Origin: an uncultured Chloroflexia bacterium
GTDB taxonomy: Bacteria; Chloroflexota; Limnocylindria; QHBO01
Reading direction: 5' to 3'
DNA: 64,000 nt
NCBI GenBank assembly: GCA_963807915.1
Contig: CAWEDO010000001.1
Location: 439,453-503,452, forward strand
In this document: positions 44,547 to 54,068 of the stretch, in pieces
Layout of the letters: each line of letters starts with the position of its first letter
Position numbering within the stretch: the first letter of the stretch is position 1
Notes under the pieces: model-generated
Database searches by the model: none
What the model was told of the DNA's origin: nothing
What the model saw: only the letters and a program-made list of their open reading frames with translations
Translations under genes and position numbers: made by a program

Positions 44547-44690
44547 GTCCCGCACGAGCCACCCTTGTGTATGGGCGCGTTTGGTCGCCGGAACGCGCGT
44601 CCTCACCAGTGGCACTTGTGCCGTGACGCCTAGGAGACCGCTCTGGGCTCGTCTGGAGGCCTATGTGTGCCGATGTACAAGCCGTGCTTG

Positions 44691-45950
44691 TTACCGAGGG
44701 CCTCGGAGCGCTCGCGCCAGTTCGCGCGCCTGACGGGTGGCTGGCCAGGTGACGGACTCAGCGCCGACGAAGCGCCGGTAGGCATCGAGCGCCTCCGCCA
44801 GGGCTGGGACGAAGTAGGGCTCCTCCATCGGTCCAAAGCCATCCTCGAACCAGATGCCGGCAATCCGCAACGTATGTGACGCGCGGTCGAGGCGTGGCTC
44901 GATCCGCCCAACGAGCCCGTCCCCGAAGAGGAGCGGCAGCACGTAGTAGCCGTGGCGCCGCTTGGGCTCCGGGACGTAGACCTCCCAGATGTAGTCGAAG
45001 CCGAACAACCCTTTGATCAGGCGGCGGTCCCACATCAGTGGATCCAGTGGCGCCACGAACGAGACCGATGGCCTCCGCCGACTCCGCCTGGCCGCCGCTT
45101 CCAGGATCGGCAGCTCGTCGGCCAGGACGTGGCGGACCTCGCGGAAGCCCTCGACGGCGGCGGGAATGAGCAGCCCGTCCTCGACAAGCGTGGCCGTGGT
45201 TCGCGCGCGATCGGCCGCGAACCCGGTCCCCATGACGAGCTCGCCGGCGCCGCCCACGCCCATCAGCCCCACGCCGCGGTGGCGGCTGAGGAGCCGATGG
45301 CGCAGCTGATCGGCCTCGACGGCATGGGTCTCGAGCAGCTCGGCGGGGACCAGCCGCTCGATCAGGTCGTAGAAGCGCCGATTCCCTTCGCGGCGCGAGA
45401 TCCCCAGCTCGCCGACCACGAAGAGCGCCTCCATGACCGCTCGCGCGGCCGTGGTGCTGGTCGAGTCGTCGTTGTCCCACCACCACTGGATGCGGTCCTT
45501 GACGTCGCGGAACGAGGCCGTCGAGACCGGCCCTCCATCACGGATGTGCTCTCGGATCCGGTCAGCCAGTCCCTGGTGCTGCTCGAGGAAGTCCTTGTAG
45601 TTGTTCGCCCCACGGCTCCAGGCCAGGCGGTAGTAGGGGAGCTCATCGGCCGGGAGGATGTTGAGGCTCTTGTTGTAGAGCTCGATCAGGCGCCGATCCC
45701 TGCCGTACAGCCACCGCTCGCACCACGCGCGGCGGTAGCCGGCGATCCGGTTGTGGAGCACGAGGTCGTGGTTCCGGGCGCCCGGCACCTCGAGTGGGTC
45801 GAACTGCAGGCTGCCGAGCCGATTCACCACCTGCAGGACCGATGCCGGCCGCGACGGCAGCGACCGCGGCGGGTCGAGCAGCTGGCGGCGAACCAGGAAG
45901 CGGCGTGCCTGGTCGGCCGAGATCCGGAGGTCGGGGAGCGGGTCGGGCAT
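44691..45950 (-). CDS. Winged-helix DNA glycosylase of the YcaQ/AlkZ family (HTH_42, interstrand-crosslink repair type)
   Basis: Internal start MPDPLPDLRISADQARRFLVRRQLL..., 420 aa. The rest of ORF 44691..46700 is antisense to the next gene and not part of the protein. Confidence 0.65.
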   Translation of the reverse strand: MPDPLPDLRISADQARRFLVRRQLLDPPRSLPSRPASVLQVVNRLGSLQFDPLEVPGARNHDLVLHNRIAGYRRAWCERWLYGRDRRLIELYNKSLNILPADELPYYRLAWSRGANNYKDFLEQHQGLADRIREHIRDGGPVSTASFRDVKDRIQWWWDNDDSTSTTAARAVMEALFVVGELGISRREGNRRFYDLIERLVPAELLETHAVEADQLRHRLLSRHRGVGLMGVGGAGELVMGTGFAADRARTTATLVEDGLLIPAAVEGFREVRHVLADELPILEAAARRSRRRPSVSFVAPLDPLMWDRRLIKGLFGFDYIWEVYVPEPKRRHGYYVLPLLFGDGLVGRIEPRLDRASHTLRIAGIWFEDGFGPMEEPYFVPALAEALDAYRRFVGAESVTWPATRQARELARALRGPR

Positions 45951-46001
45951 CGGGCGCGATCCTAGCAGCGGCCCGTCAGACGCCACTCCTACAATGGGTC
46001 C

Positions 46002-46739
46002 ATGGCCATGGAGCACCAGCCGTCGGGTCCGCCGCAGGCGGGCACGGCCGATGCGAACGCGGCGCGGGCCCTGCGGATCCAGATCCTGGCGACCGAGCAC
46101 TGGAGCCTGCTGGCCACCCGCTCCCTCTCCTGGAACGAGGCCTTCGCGCGGGCAAGCATGTTCCTCTCGCTCCTCTCGGGAGCCGTGGTGGCGCTGGCGC
46201 TCGTGGCGCAAGCGACATCCTTCGGCGAGGGCTTCGTCCTCTTCGCGCTGATGCTGCTGCCGGTCGTGCTGTTCGTGGGTCTCGCGACCTACGTCAGGCT
46301 GCTTGAGATCAACAACGAGGACTACGTCTGGGTCAAGGGCATGAATCGCCTTCGGTCGGCCTACATCGAGGTCGATCCGGGCCTGGCCCGCTACTTCGTG
46401 ACCGGCGTCTCCGAAGCTCCCGAGGCCATCTTCCAGACCTTTGGATCGCAGCCGGGCGTTCCCGGCGCTCTCCAGGCCGGCAACTTCCATGGATTCGTGA
46501 CGACCCCATCCACGATTGCGTTCGTCGACGCGATGCTGGCGGCCGCGCTGGCCGCGATCGTCGCCGTGCAGCTGATGCCCGAGGCGATGGCACCCACGGC
46601 CGGAGTCGGCGTCATTGCCTTCCTCGTCGTCGGCGGTGCCCTTGCCTACTTTGGCTATCGCAACCAGGTCCTGGCACAGCTCGCCAAACCGTCCGAACAA
46701 GACGATTCACCGAAGCACTCAGAGGAGGGTTCCCCATGA
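46002..46739 (+). CDS. Hypothetical membrane protein
   Basis: MAMEHQPSG... with 4 hydrophobic helices. TGA overlaps the next ATG. Confidence 0.45.
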   Translation: MAMEHQPSGPPQAGTADANAARALRIQILATEHWSLLATRSLSWNEAFARASMFLSLLSGAVVALALVAQATSFGEGFVLFALMLLPVVLFVGLATYVRLLEINNEDYVWVKGMNRLRSAYIEVDPGLARYFVTGVSEAPEAIFQTFGSQPGVPGALQAGNFHGFVTTPSTIAFVDAMLAAALAAIVAVQLMPEAMAPTAGVGVIAFLVVGGALAYFGYRNQVLAQLAKPSEQDDSPKHSEEGSP

Positions 46740-47260
46740 CCGATCAAGCCCCACCGCCCGCACCACCCGCGGCTCCACCTCCGCCACCTGCGCCCGAGTC
46801 CACCTGGGCGGCACCGCCACCGCCGCCGGCGAGCAACCGACCTGGACCGATGGCCGGCTGGCACTACGCCGGCTTCTGGGTCCGGTTCCTGGCGTTCCTC
46901 ATCGACGGGATCCTGCTCGGGATCGTCACCGCGCCGTTCGCCCCGCAGTTCACCAGCACCGGGACCACCTTCCAGGTCAACGCCGGGGCGAACGCGATCG
47001 GGACGATCGTCGGCCTCATCTACTTCGTTGCCCTCTGGTCCTGGCGCGGACAGACGGTTGGGATGATGCCGTTCAACATGAAGGTCGTCAGTGTCGCGGA
47101 CGGCAAGAACATCGACGTGATGCGTGCCCTGCTGCGATACGTCGGCTTCATCATCGCGGCCATCCCGCTGCTCATTGGCCTCATCTGGGCGGCCTTCGAC
47201 TCGCGCAAGCAGGGCTGGCACGACAAGATCGCCGGGACGGTGGTCATTCGCCCGAACTGA
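46736..47260 (+). CDS. RDD family membrane protein with Pro-rich N-terminus
   Basis: PPPAPPAAPPPPPAPESTWAAPPPPPA, followed by an RDD-type 3-TM core (WVRFLAFLIDGILL...WHDKIAGTVVI). Confidence 0.7.
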   Translation: MTDQAPPPAPPAAPPPPPAPESTWAAPPPPPASNRPGPMAGWHYAGFWVRFLAFLIDGILLGIVTAPFAPQFTSTGTTFQVNAGANAIGTIVGLIYFVALWSWRGQTVGMMPFNMKVVSVADGKNIDVMRALLRYVGFIIAAIPLLIGLIWAAFDSRKQGWHDKIAGTVVIRPN

Positions 47261-47318
47261 ACCCGCCTTCGGTTGGCACTCTGGATAGCGGAGTGCCAAT
47301 CGCTATAATCCGCGCCCT

Positions 47319-48449
47319 ATGGCCACCAAGCGTGACTACTACGAGGTGCTGGGCGTCGGGCGTGACGCCTCCGACGAGGAGATCAAGCGCTCCTATCGGC
47401 GGGCTGCCCAGCGCCATCACCCCGATATCGACTCGTCCGATGGTGCCGAGGCGCGCTTCAAGGAGCTGAACGAGGCGTACCGCGTCCTCTCCGACCGCCA
47501 GCGGCGGACCGCGTACGACATGTTCGGGCATAGCGGCGTCGACGGGGCCAGCGCCGGTGGCTTCGAGGGCGGCTTCGGCGGCGGCTTTGGGCCGTTCGGC
47601 GACATCTTCGACGCCTTCTTCGGTGGCTCGCCGGCCGGCACGCGGGGTCGTCGACGGGTCGTCGCCGGTGCCGATCTCCGCTACGACCTCACCATCGAGT
47701 TCAGCGAGGCCGTCTCGGGCGTTACCCGCGAGATCACCTTCCCGACCCTCGTGCGCTGCAATGTGTGCCAGGGCTCCGGAGCCGAGCCGGGCAGCGAGCC
47801 CGAGGCGTGCCCGGAATGCAACGGAACCGGCGAGAAGCGGCGGGTCGCCCAGACGATCCTGGGCCAGATGGTGAACATCACCGCCTGTCCCCGATGCAAC
47901 GGCGAGGGCAAGGTCATCGCCAAGCCATGCAGCACCTGTCGCGGCGAGGGCCGGGTTCGGGAGCAGCGGACGCTGCAGGTCGAGGTGCCGGCGGGGATCG
48001 ACTCGGGGCAGCGGATCGCGATCGAGGGGCAGGGCGAGGACGGCCCGCGCGGTGGCCCCCCCGGCGACCTGTACGTGGCGGTCACGGTGCGCGACCACCC
48101 GCAGCTCCTGCGACGCGGCACCGAGCTCTACTACGAGGTGCCCGTCACCTTCCCGCAGGCAGCACTGGGGGCGACCCTCGAGATCCCGACCGTCGAGGGC
48201 ACGGAGCCGATGGAGGTTCCCGCCGGCACCCAGAGCGGTACCGAGCTGCGGCTCCGGGGCCGCGGGGTGCCGCGTCTGCGGGGCTCGGGCCGTGGCGACC
48301 TGCACGTGATCGTGACCGTGGTCGTCCCGCCGAAGCCGTCGAAGCGGGAACGTGAGCTGCTGCAGGAGCTGCGCGACGTGGGCGCGCCGGCGGTCCTGCC
48401 CAAAGGCAGCCCCAGCCTGGTGGATCGGCTTCGCGACCTGTTCAGCTAG
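47319..48449 (+). CDS. dnaJ: Molecular chaperone DnaJ
   Basis: J domain (DYYEVLGV...HPD), G/F region, four CxxCxGxG repeats, C-terminal domains. Confidence 0.95.
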   Translation: MATKRDYYEVLGVGRDASDEEIKRSYRRAAQRHHPDIDSSDGAEARFKELNEAYRVLSDRQRRTAYDMFGHSGVDGASAGGFEGGFGGGFGPFGDIFDAFFGGSPAGTRGRRRVVAGADLRYDLTIEFSEAVSGVTREITFPTLVRCNVCQGSGAEPGSEPEACPECNGTGEKRRVAQTILGQMVNITACPRCNGEGKVIAKPCSTCRGEGRVREQRTLQVEVPAGIDSGQRIAIEGQGEDGPRGGPPGDLYVAVTVRDHPQLLRRGTELYYEVPVTFPQAALGATLEIPTVEGTEPMEVPAGTQSGTELRLRGRGVPRLRGSGRGDLHVIVTVVVPPKPSKRERELLQELRDVGAPAVLPKGSPSLVDRLRDLFS

Positions 48450-48458
48450 GCGCCCGGC

Positions 48459-49376
48459 GTGCGCTGGCTGGAGCTGACCGTCACCTGCGACGACGAGGCG
48501 ATCGAGGCGGTCAGCGAGATCCTCGGTCGAATCAGCCAGGGCTCGGCGGTCCGACCGACCCGCCTCATTCGCGATCCCGCCGACGAGCTCTCGGCGCGCG
48601 AGGACACGACCGCTCCCTACGAGATCGTTGCGCACATCCCCGCTGACGAGGCCGCGCCAGCAGCCGTGGAATCCACCGAGCGGGCGCTATGGCACCTCCA
48701 GGCGTTTGGCCTGCGGCCGGTCGGCGAGCTGCAAGTCCGGGAGGTCGACGACGCGGACTGGACCGATGCCTGGAAGGCCGGCTACGTCCCCCAGCGCATC
48801 GGTCGGGTGGTGATCGTGCCGTCCTGGCTGGACGAACCGATCGGCCCTGGCGAGGTCGCCCTGCGCCTGGATCCCGGCATGGCGTTTGGCACGGGCCTCC
48901 ACCCGACGACCCGCGGCTGCCTGACGATGCTCCAGGAGGTCGGGCCGATGCCTCCCGTCGTCCTCGATGTCGGCTCCGGCTCCGGGATCCTGGCGCTGGC
49001 GGCTCTCCGGCTGGGCGCCGAGCGGGCTGTTTGCTACGACACCGATCTACTCGCCGTCGCGGCGACCCTGGCCAACGCGGAGGCAAACGATCTGGCCGAT
49101 CGGGTGACGGCGCACGAAGGATCGCTGCCGGCAGCGCCGGCTCGCGAGCCCTACCCGCTCGTCCTCGCCAACCTCGTCGCCGCCGTGCTGATCGACCTGG
49201 CCTCACCGCTCGCGGCACACACCGCTCCGGACGGCACGCTGCTCGCCAGCGGGATCATCGAAGGCCGAGCCGACGAGGTCCTTGCCGCCCTCACCGGTGC
49301 TGGATTCGCGCTCGAAGGCCGCCTCGACGACGGCGAGTGGGTCTCGTTGCAGCTCCGGCACAGCCCCGCTCGGTAG
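48459..49376 (+). CDS. prmA: Ribosomal protein L11 methyltransferase
   Basis: PrmA N-terminal domain plus SAM-binding VLDVGSGSGILA. Sits after dnaJ as in Firmicutes. Confidence 0.85.
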   Translation: MRWLELTVTCDDEAIEAVSEILGRISQGSAVRPTRLIRDPADELSAREDTTAPYEIVAHIPADEAAPAAVESTERALWHLQAFGLRPVGELQVREVDDADWTDAWKAGYVPQRIGRVVIVPSWLDEPIGPGEVALRLDPGMAFGTGLHPTTRGCLTMLQEVGPMPPVVLDVGSGSGILALAALRLGAERAVCYDTDLLAVAATLANAEANDLADRVTAHEGSLPAAPAREPYPLVLANLVAAVLIDLASPLAAHTAPDGTLLASGIIEGRADEVLAALTGAGFALEGRLDDGEWVSLQLRHSPAR

Positions 49377-49386
49377 GCTGGACCGC

Positions 49387-50080
49387 ATGCATCGATTCTT
49401 CGTCGAGCCTCCAGCGATGGCAGGCGAACGGTTCCCGATCCCAACGGCAATCGCCCACCAGGTGACGCGGGTGCTGCGACTCGCCGACGGCGACGAGCTC
49501 CTGCTGCTCGACGGCCTCGGGATGCAGGTGCGCTGCCGGCTGGAGCGCGGCGACTGCGCCGTGCTGGAGCGGGTCCAGGCAACCGGGGAGCCGACGCACC
49601 AGCTGAGGGTGTGGCAGGCCCTTCTCAAGGGCGACCACCTCGAACCGGTGATTCGGCACGGAACCGAGATCGGGATCGCACGGTTCGGGCTGTTCGTGAG
49701 CGAGCGCTGCGTGGCGCGGCACGTCTCACCCCGGAAGCTCGAGCGGCTCCAGGCTGTCGCCCGCGAGGCGGCCGAACAGTCGGAGCGGGGAATCGTGCCT
49801 CCCGTCGACCCGCCCCTTCCGTTTGCGGCAGCGTTGCAGCGCGCCACGCCCGCATCGGTCCTGCTCTTCGAGCGGCACGGGGGCAAGCGCCTGACCGAGC
49901 TGGAGTTGCCGCCGGCGGTCTTCATCGGTCCGGAGGGAGGCTTCAGCCCAGCGGAGGTCGCTGGCAGCGGAACGTCATGGGCTGGCGATCGCCGGTCTGG
50001 GGCCGCGGATCCTGCGCTCGGAGACGGTGGCCGTGGCGGTTGCGGCGGCTGTCTTGTCGCGCACCGGCGACTTCGCCTAG
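49387..50080 (+). pseudogene. rsmE: 16S rRNA (uracil1498-N3)-methyltransferase RsmE interrupted by a +1 frameshift at ~49958-49962 (real pseudogene or assembly indel)
   Basis: Frame 1 reads MHRFFVEPPAMAGERFPI...FIGPEGGFSPAEVA. The conserved C-terminus LAAERHGLAIAGLGPRILRSETVAVAVAAAVLSRTGDFA* is in frame 2 and ends at 50080. The 3' end of the listed ORF 49282..50151 (GSGTSWAGDRRSG...) is the out-of-frame continuation. Confidence 0.7.
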
Positions 50081-50089
50081 GCTCCCTGC

Positions 50090-50452
50090 ATGGCCGATCG
50101 CGACCCCACCTACCAGCCCGATTGCCTCTTCTGCCGGATCGCCGCCGATGAGATCCCGTCCGACCGGGTCTACGAGGACGAGACGGTGATCGTGTTCCGC
50201 GACATCAACCCGAAGGCGCCGACCCACGTCCTGGCCATTCCGCGCCGGCACCTCGACTCGGCGGCGGACCTCACCGATGCCGACGGCGACGTGCTGACCG
50301 CGCTCTTCGGGGCGATGCGGCGGGTCGCCGAGGAGGCCGGGCTCACCGGCTATCGCATCCTCTCCAACGTGGGCGCGGAAGCGGGGCAGAGCGTCTTCCA
50401 CCTCCACTTCCACCTGATGGGCGGTCGCTCGATGGGGTGGCCGCCGGGATAG
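50090..50452 (+). CDS. HIT family (histidine triad) hydrolase
   Basis: CLFCRI...HLHFHLMGG triad motif. Confidence 0.85.
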   Translation: MADRDPTYQPDCLFCRIAADEIPSDRVYEDETVIVFRDINPKAPTHVLAIPRRHLDSAADLTDADGDVLTALFGAMRRVAEEAGLTGYRILSNVGAEAGQSVFHLHFHLMGGRSMGWPPG

Positions 50453-50517
50453 CGCATCCGCGTCGTGGCGATCCGCCAGAATCACGGCCGATCAATCCGC
50501 ACCGAGGACTCCGAGCC

Positions 50518-50979
50518 GTGCGCATCTTCGTCTTCCTGCACATCGCGACCATGTTCACCGCGGTTGCCCTGACCATCGGCCCCACGATCGTGCTGCGCCG
50601 CATCGGCAAGTCGGGTGACGTGCCGGCCATCCGCCGCAGCTTTGCGGCGGCCGGGCCGATCATCAAGGCCGCACCCGCGCTCTACGGGCTGGGTGCAGCC
50701 CTCGGGATCGTGGCGATCTTCACGAATGGATTCGATCCCTTCCAGCCCTTCCTGCTGATTGCCTACGGGCTGTTCGTGATTGCGACCGCCGCAGGCATCC
50801 TCTTCAACGCGCCCTGGTTCGCCCGAGTGGCGCAAGCAGCGGCCAACAGTCCTGACGCAGCGCCCTCGCCCGAGCTGGCCGCGGAGCTCGACGCTCCCGT
50901 CGCGCGCTTCCTGGATTGGTTCGACCCGCTGGTCATCCTCCTCTTCATCTTCGACATGGTCGTGAAGCCCTTCGGCTGA
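50518..50979 (+). CDS. Small integral membrane protein (DUF2269-like)
   Basis: GTG start VRIFVFLHIATMFTAVALTIGP...; 4 TM helices. Its last base is the first base of the next gene's ATG. Confidence 0.5.
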   Translation: MRIFVFLHIATMFTAVALTIGPTIVLRRIGKSGDVPAIRRSFAAAGPIIKAAPALYGLGAALGIVAIFTNGFDPFQPFLLIAYGLFVIATAAGILFNAPWFARVAQAAANSPDAAPSPELAAELDAPVARFLDWFDPLVILLFIFDMVVKPFG

Positions 50980-52262
50980 TGCTCCGCGTCCTTCGCCAGC
51001 GGGACTACGGACTGCTGTGGTTCGGCGGCCTCATCTCGATGCTCGGCGACTTCGTGCTGTTCGTCGGGCTGCCCACCGAGATCTATCGGCTGACGGGCTC
51101 GACCATCGCTACCGCCGGCATGCTGCTGTCCTTCCTCGTCCCCAACATCCTGCTCGGCTCGGTGGCCGGGGTGTACGTGGACCGATGGGATCGGCGCCGG
51201 CTGATGATCACCGTCAACCTGCTCCAGTCGATGAGCATCCTCCTGCTCCTGCTCGTCCCGCAGGTCGGTCTTTGGCTCATCTACGCGGTGCTGGTGCTCG
51301 AGAGCAGCGTCTCTCAGCTCTTCAACCCTGCCCAGGTCGCGCTGATGCCGACTCTTCTCACCGGGGGTAAGGACGAGCTGCTCACGGCGAATGCGCTCTC
51401 CGGGGTGGGCCGGCACCTGGCGCGGCTGATCGGTCCGGCGGTGGGTGGTGTGATCGTTGCTGCTGGAGGGCTGAGCGCCGTGGCAGCGGTGGACTCGGCC
51501 TCCTTCGTCGCCTCGGCTGGCCTGCTGACCCTGATCCGGACGCGGCCGTCGGCGCCGCGCCCGACCGAGTCGCTCGAGCACGCCGCCCTCTCCGCCTGGG
51601 GGCGCCTCGCGCATGAATGGCGCGAGGGGCTGCGAATCGTGTGGCACCAACCCGTGCTGCGGGCATTGCTCGTCTTCTTCGCCATCACCGCCGTGGGTGA
51701 GGGCCTGACCGGGACGCTCTTCGTGCCATGGGTGTTCGACGCCTTGCACTCCGATGCCTCCGGCTTCGGCTGGGTCGTCTCGACGCAGGCGATTGGGGGT
51801 GTTGCCGGAGCGATCGTGATCGCTCGGATGGGTGCCCGCCTGCGTCCGCTTCAGCTCCTGATCGGGAGCGCCCTCGTCTTCGGCGCCATCGACCTGGTGC
51901 TCTTCACCTACCCGATCCTGTATCCGCACATCGCGCCGGCGCTGATCCTGCTGGTGATCGTCGGCGTGCCAGGAGCAGCGATGGGCGCCGCGCAGACAAC
52001 GCTCCAGCAGTCACAGACGGAGGACCGGCACCGGGGACGCGTGGTCGGGGCGATCGGTGCGGTGGCGGGCGTCGGCGCCTTCATCGGCGCTGTGAGCGCG
52101 GGAATCCTCGGCGAGTTCATCCCGGCGGTGCTGCTGCTGATCGTGCAGGGGAGCGGCTATCTCATCGGCGGGACGGTGGTCTTGCTGATGGTTGGGCGCC
52201 GCCGGATCGCGGCGGATGCCGAGGGAATCGTCGGTGTAGGCTCCGCCGGTGACCCAGCGTAG
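50979..52262 (+). CDS. MFS transporter (DHA3-like; paralogous in type to the gene at 881..2143)
   Basis: MLRVLRQRDYGLLWFGGLISMLGDF... with 12 TM helices. Starts at an internal Met of ORF 50916..52262, overlapping the upstream stop. Confidence 0.8.
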   Translation: MLRVLRQRDYGLLWFGGLISMLGDFVLFVGLPTEIYRLTGSTIATAGMLLSFLVPNILLGSVAGVYVDRWDRRRLMITVNLLQSMSILLLLLVPQVGLWLIYAVLVLESSVSQLFNPAQVALMPTLLTGGKDELLTANALSGVGRHLARLIGPAVGGVIVAAGGLSAVAAVDSASFVASAGLLTLIRTRPSAPRPTESLEHAALSAWGRLAHEWREGLRIVWHQPVLRALLVFFAITAVGEGLTGTLFVPWVFDALHSDASGFGWVVSTQAIGGVAGAIVIARMGARLRPLQLLIGSALVFGAIDLVLFTYPILYPHIAPALILLVIVGVPGAAMGAAQTTLQQSQTEDRHRGRVVGAIGAVAGVGAFIGAVSAGILGEFIPAVLLLIVQGSGYLIGGTVVLLMVGRRRIAADAEGIVGVGSAGDPA

Positions 52263-52280
52263 GACGAGGAAGCGCGACTG

Positions 52281-52757
52281 ATGGTGAGGATCATCCTGTT
52301 CGGAGCGGCGGTGGTTGGCGTCCTGGTGGCCGCCCTGGTGTGGGCCGTCATCACAGGGCAGTACGAAGCGGCTCAGCCGAGCCCGTCACCGAGCGTGGCG
52401 GCCAGCGGCGAGCCATCCGCGTCGTCAACTCCAGCTGGGGGTGTCGTGGAGAGCGCAGCGGCCGAGGCTTCGCCGAGCGCCGGAGCCAGTGGCGCGGTGA
52501 CGATGGTCGAGATCCTCAACTCGGACTTCGGTCCGGACCTGACCGTCGCCGTGGGCGCCACCGTGATGTGGATGAACGCAGACACCTACGCCCATACCGC
52601 GACCGAAGGATCGGATGGGGTGAAGGCGCCGGATGCCCTCTTCGACCTGCAGCTTGCCGCCGGCGCGTCCGACAGCTACACGTTTGCCGAGGCGGGCAGC
52701 TACCAGGTCACCTGCACGCTCCACCCGAACATGAACATGACCATCACCGTGCAATAG
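52281..52757 (+). CDS. Membrane-anchored cupredoxin (type-1 copper) domain protein
   Basis: N-terminal TM (IILFGAAVVGVLVAALVWAVI), Ser/Ala-rich linker, then a cupredoxin domain with ligands H(AHTA)...C-TLHPNMNM. Confidence 0.65.
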   Translation: MVRIILFGAAVVGVLVAALVWAVITGQYEAAQPSPSPSVAASGEPSASSTPAGGVVESAAAEASPSAGASGAVTMVEILNSDFGPDLTVAVGATVMWMNADTYAHTATEGSDGVKAPDALFDLQLAAGASDSYTFAEAGSYQVTCTLHPNMNMTITVQ

Positions 52758-52761
52758 GGAC

Positions 52762-53601
52762 CTAGCGCGACTGGTTCTGGTGGTCGATGGCCAGCTTCGC
52801 GACCTTGACCGCGATGCTGCCGCCGGGCACCAGCAGCCCGACCGTATCGGCGCCGATATCGAACAGTGAATCGCGCGTCACCGTGCGCGACAGCCTGGCC
52901 ATCAGCGCCTGGCTGTTGCGCAGCTCGCCGGTGACCGGATCCAGCTCCACCACGCCCTTCTTGTCCTTCAGCTTCCAGTGGAACTCGAAGGCCCACCACG
53001 GGCGGAAATAGAGGTCGACGTACTCGAAGGTGATCGACTCCTCGTGCACGACGTCGGCCTGCAGCGGCTTGAGCATGCCCGTCAGGAGCTGGCGCACGAC
53101 GAACGATGCGCGCTGTTCCGGGGGCCGGACGATATCGGCTTCGGCGGTGAGCGCATCGAGGTCCGTGACCTCGTGCTTCGGGTTGCCGATCAGTGTCGGC
53201 GCCTCCGCGACCGCTGCTCCGCTCACGCCATCGAGGTACAGCGCCTGGCGAGACTCGTCGCGGTTGTGCTCGACGGTGGGGATGGTGAAGGAGCCGCCGG
53301 AGGTCGGATGGTCCTCGCCGTGCACCGTCACCGACTGCACCTGCGGACCGCTTGCCGGGACCACGTAGTCGTGTGATCGGTCGTAGACATAGAGGGCATT
53401 GCACTGCACGTGCCAGAACGGCTCCAGCCGGCGCTGGCTATCGATCAGCTCGATGTCATCGGCCTTCGGGCGGCTGAAGAGGCTGTCGAGGCCGCCGCCG
53501 AAGGCTCCGGTGCGGCGATCCATGGCCCGCTGCCGGATCTCTTCGGGGGTCAGCTTGTCCTCGAGGCGGTAGATGTGCTGGTCCGCGAGCTGGATTTCCA
53601 T
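52762..53601 (-). CDS. Hypothetical cytoplasmic protein, 279 aa, no recognisable domain
   Basis: Clean ATG start (MEIQLADQHIYRLEDKL...), coding-like composition with high GC3, no TM or signal peptide. Ends 5 nt from the cupredoxin gene. Confidence 0.5.
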   Translation of the reverse strand: MEIQLADQHIYRLEDKLTPEEIRQRAMDRRTGAFGGGLDSLFSRPKADDIELIDSQRRLEPFWHVQCNALYVYDRSHDYVVPASGPQVQSVTVHGEDHPTSGGSFTIPTVEHNRDESRQALYLDGVSGAAVAEAPTLIGNPKHEVTDLDALTAEADIVRPPEQRASFVVRQLLTGMLKPLQADVVHEESITFEYVDLYFRPWWAFEFHWKLKDKKGVVELDPVTGELRNSQALMARLSRTVTRDSLFDIGADTVGLLVPGGSIAVKVAKLAIDHQNQSR

Positions 53602-53727
53602 TGCCGATGCTGACCTCTCTCCTGTTGGCGTGACGGGGCCGGGCCGATAGGTTTTCGGAGCATGTTAGGAAGGGGATCGCGATTCGACTAGACCCAACCT
53701 CGCGCCTGCCCGCGGGGGCCGATGCGA

Positions 53728-53756
53728 TTGACCCTCTCCACGCTCACTGATAGACT
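53728..53756 (+). promoter_or_regulatory. Putative sigma-A promoter for rpsU (TTGACC -N17- TAGACT), followed by a short GC hairpin in the leader
   Basis: -35 at 53728-53733 and -10 at 53751-53756. The downstream inverted repeat TTCGCGCG-GGATA-CGCGCGAG is followed by a GGAGAGGAGG RBS. Confidence 0.45.
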
Positions 53757-53812
53757 CCGCAGGCTTTCGCGCGGGATACGCGCGAGTTCAGAGCGGAGAG
53801 GAGGCGAGACGT

Positions 53813-53989
53813 TTGGCAGAGGTCCGCGTGGGCGAGAACGAGTCGTTCGAGAGTGCGCTGCGCCGATTCAACAAGAAGATCCAGCAGTCGGGGATCCTGG
53901 CCGAGGCGCGACGTCGCGAGCACTACGAGAAGCCCAGCGTGAAGCGGAAGCGCAAGGAAGCCAAGAAGCGCAAGGTAACCCGCGAATAA
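53813..53989 (+). CDS. rpsU: 30S ribosomal protein S21 (58 aa; under the 60-aa ORF-track cutoff, and in a different frame from the spurious ORF 53722..54072)
   Basis: TTG start. (M)[57 protein letters not shown] aligns to E. coli S21 ([41 protein letters not shown]...). Confidence 0.8.
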   Translation: MAEVRVGENESFESALRRFNKKIQQSGILAEARRREHYEKPSVKRKRKEAKKRKVTRE

Positions 53990-54068
53990 CCGCCAGACGC
54001 TCCCTCAACATTGCGCGGACCACGGTCCAGGCGTTTGACAGACCGATGATCCCCGCCGAAGTCCGCAC

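Noticed and set aside
44547-44690. Small ncRNA in the lower-GC convergent gap between the DUF1801 and AlkZ-like genes
   Set aside because: Only two short hairpins that look like convergent terminators. There is no recognisable motif and nothing to support an RNA gene.
37943-47318. The block between dnaK and dnaJ as a mobile element or genomic island
   Set aside because: No integrase or transposase, no flanking direct repeats, no tRNA target, and no GC deviation. The genes are ordinary housekeeping or accessory chromosomal genes.
49282-50151. Taking ORF 49282..50151 as a single 289-aa RsmE with a C-terminal extension
   Set aside because: The last ~65 aa of that ORF are Gly/Arg-rich nonsense. 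The conserved RsmE C-terminus (GLGPRILRSETVAV...) is found in the adjacent frame, so the listed ORF is a frameshift artefact.
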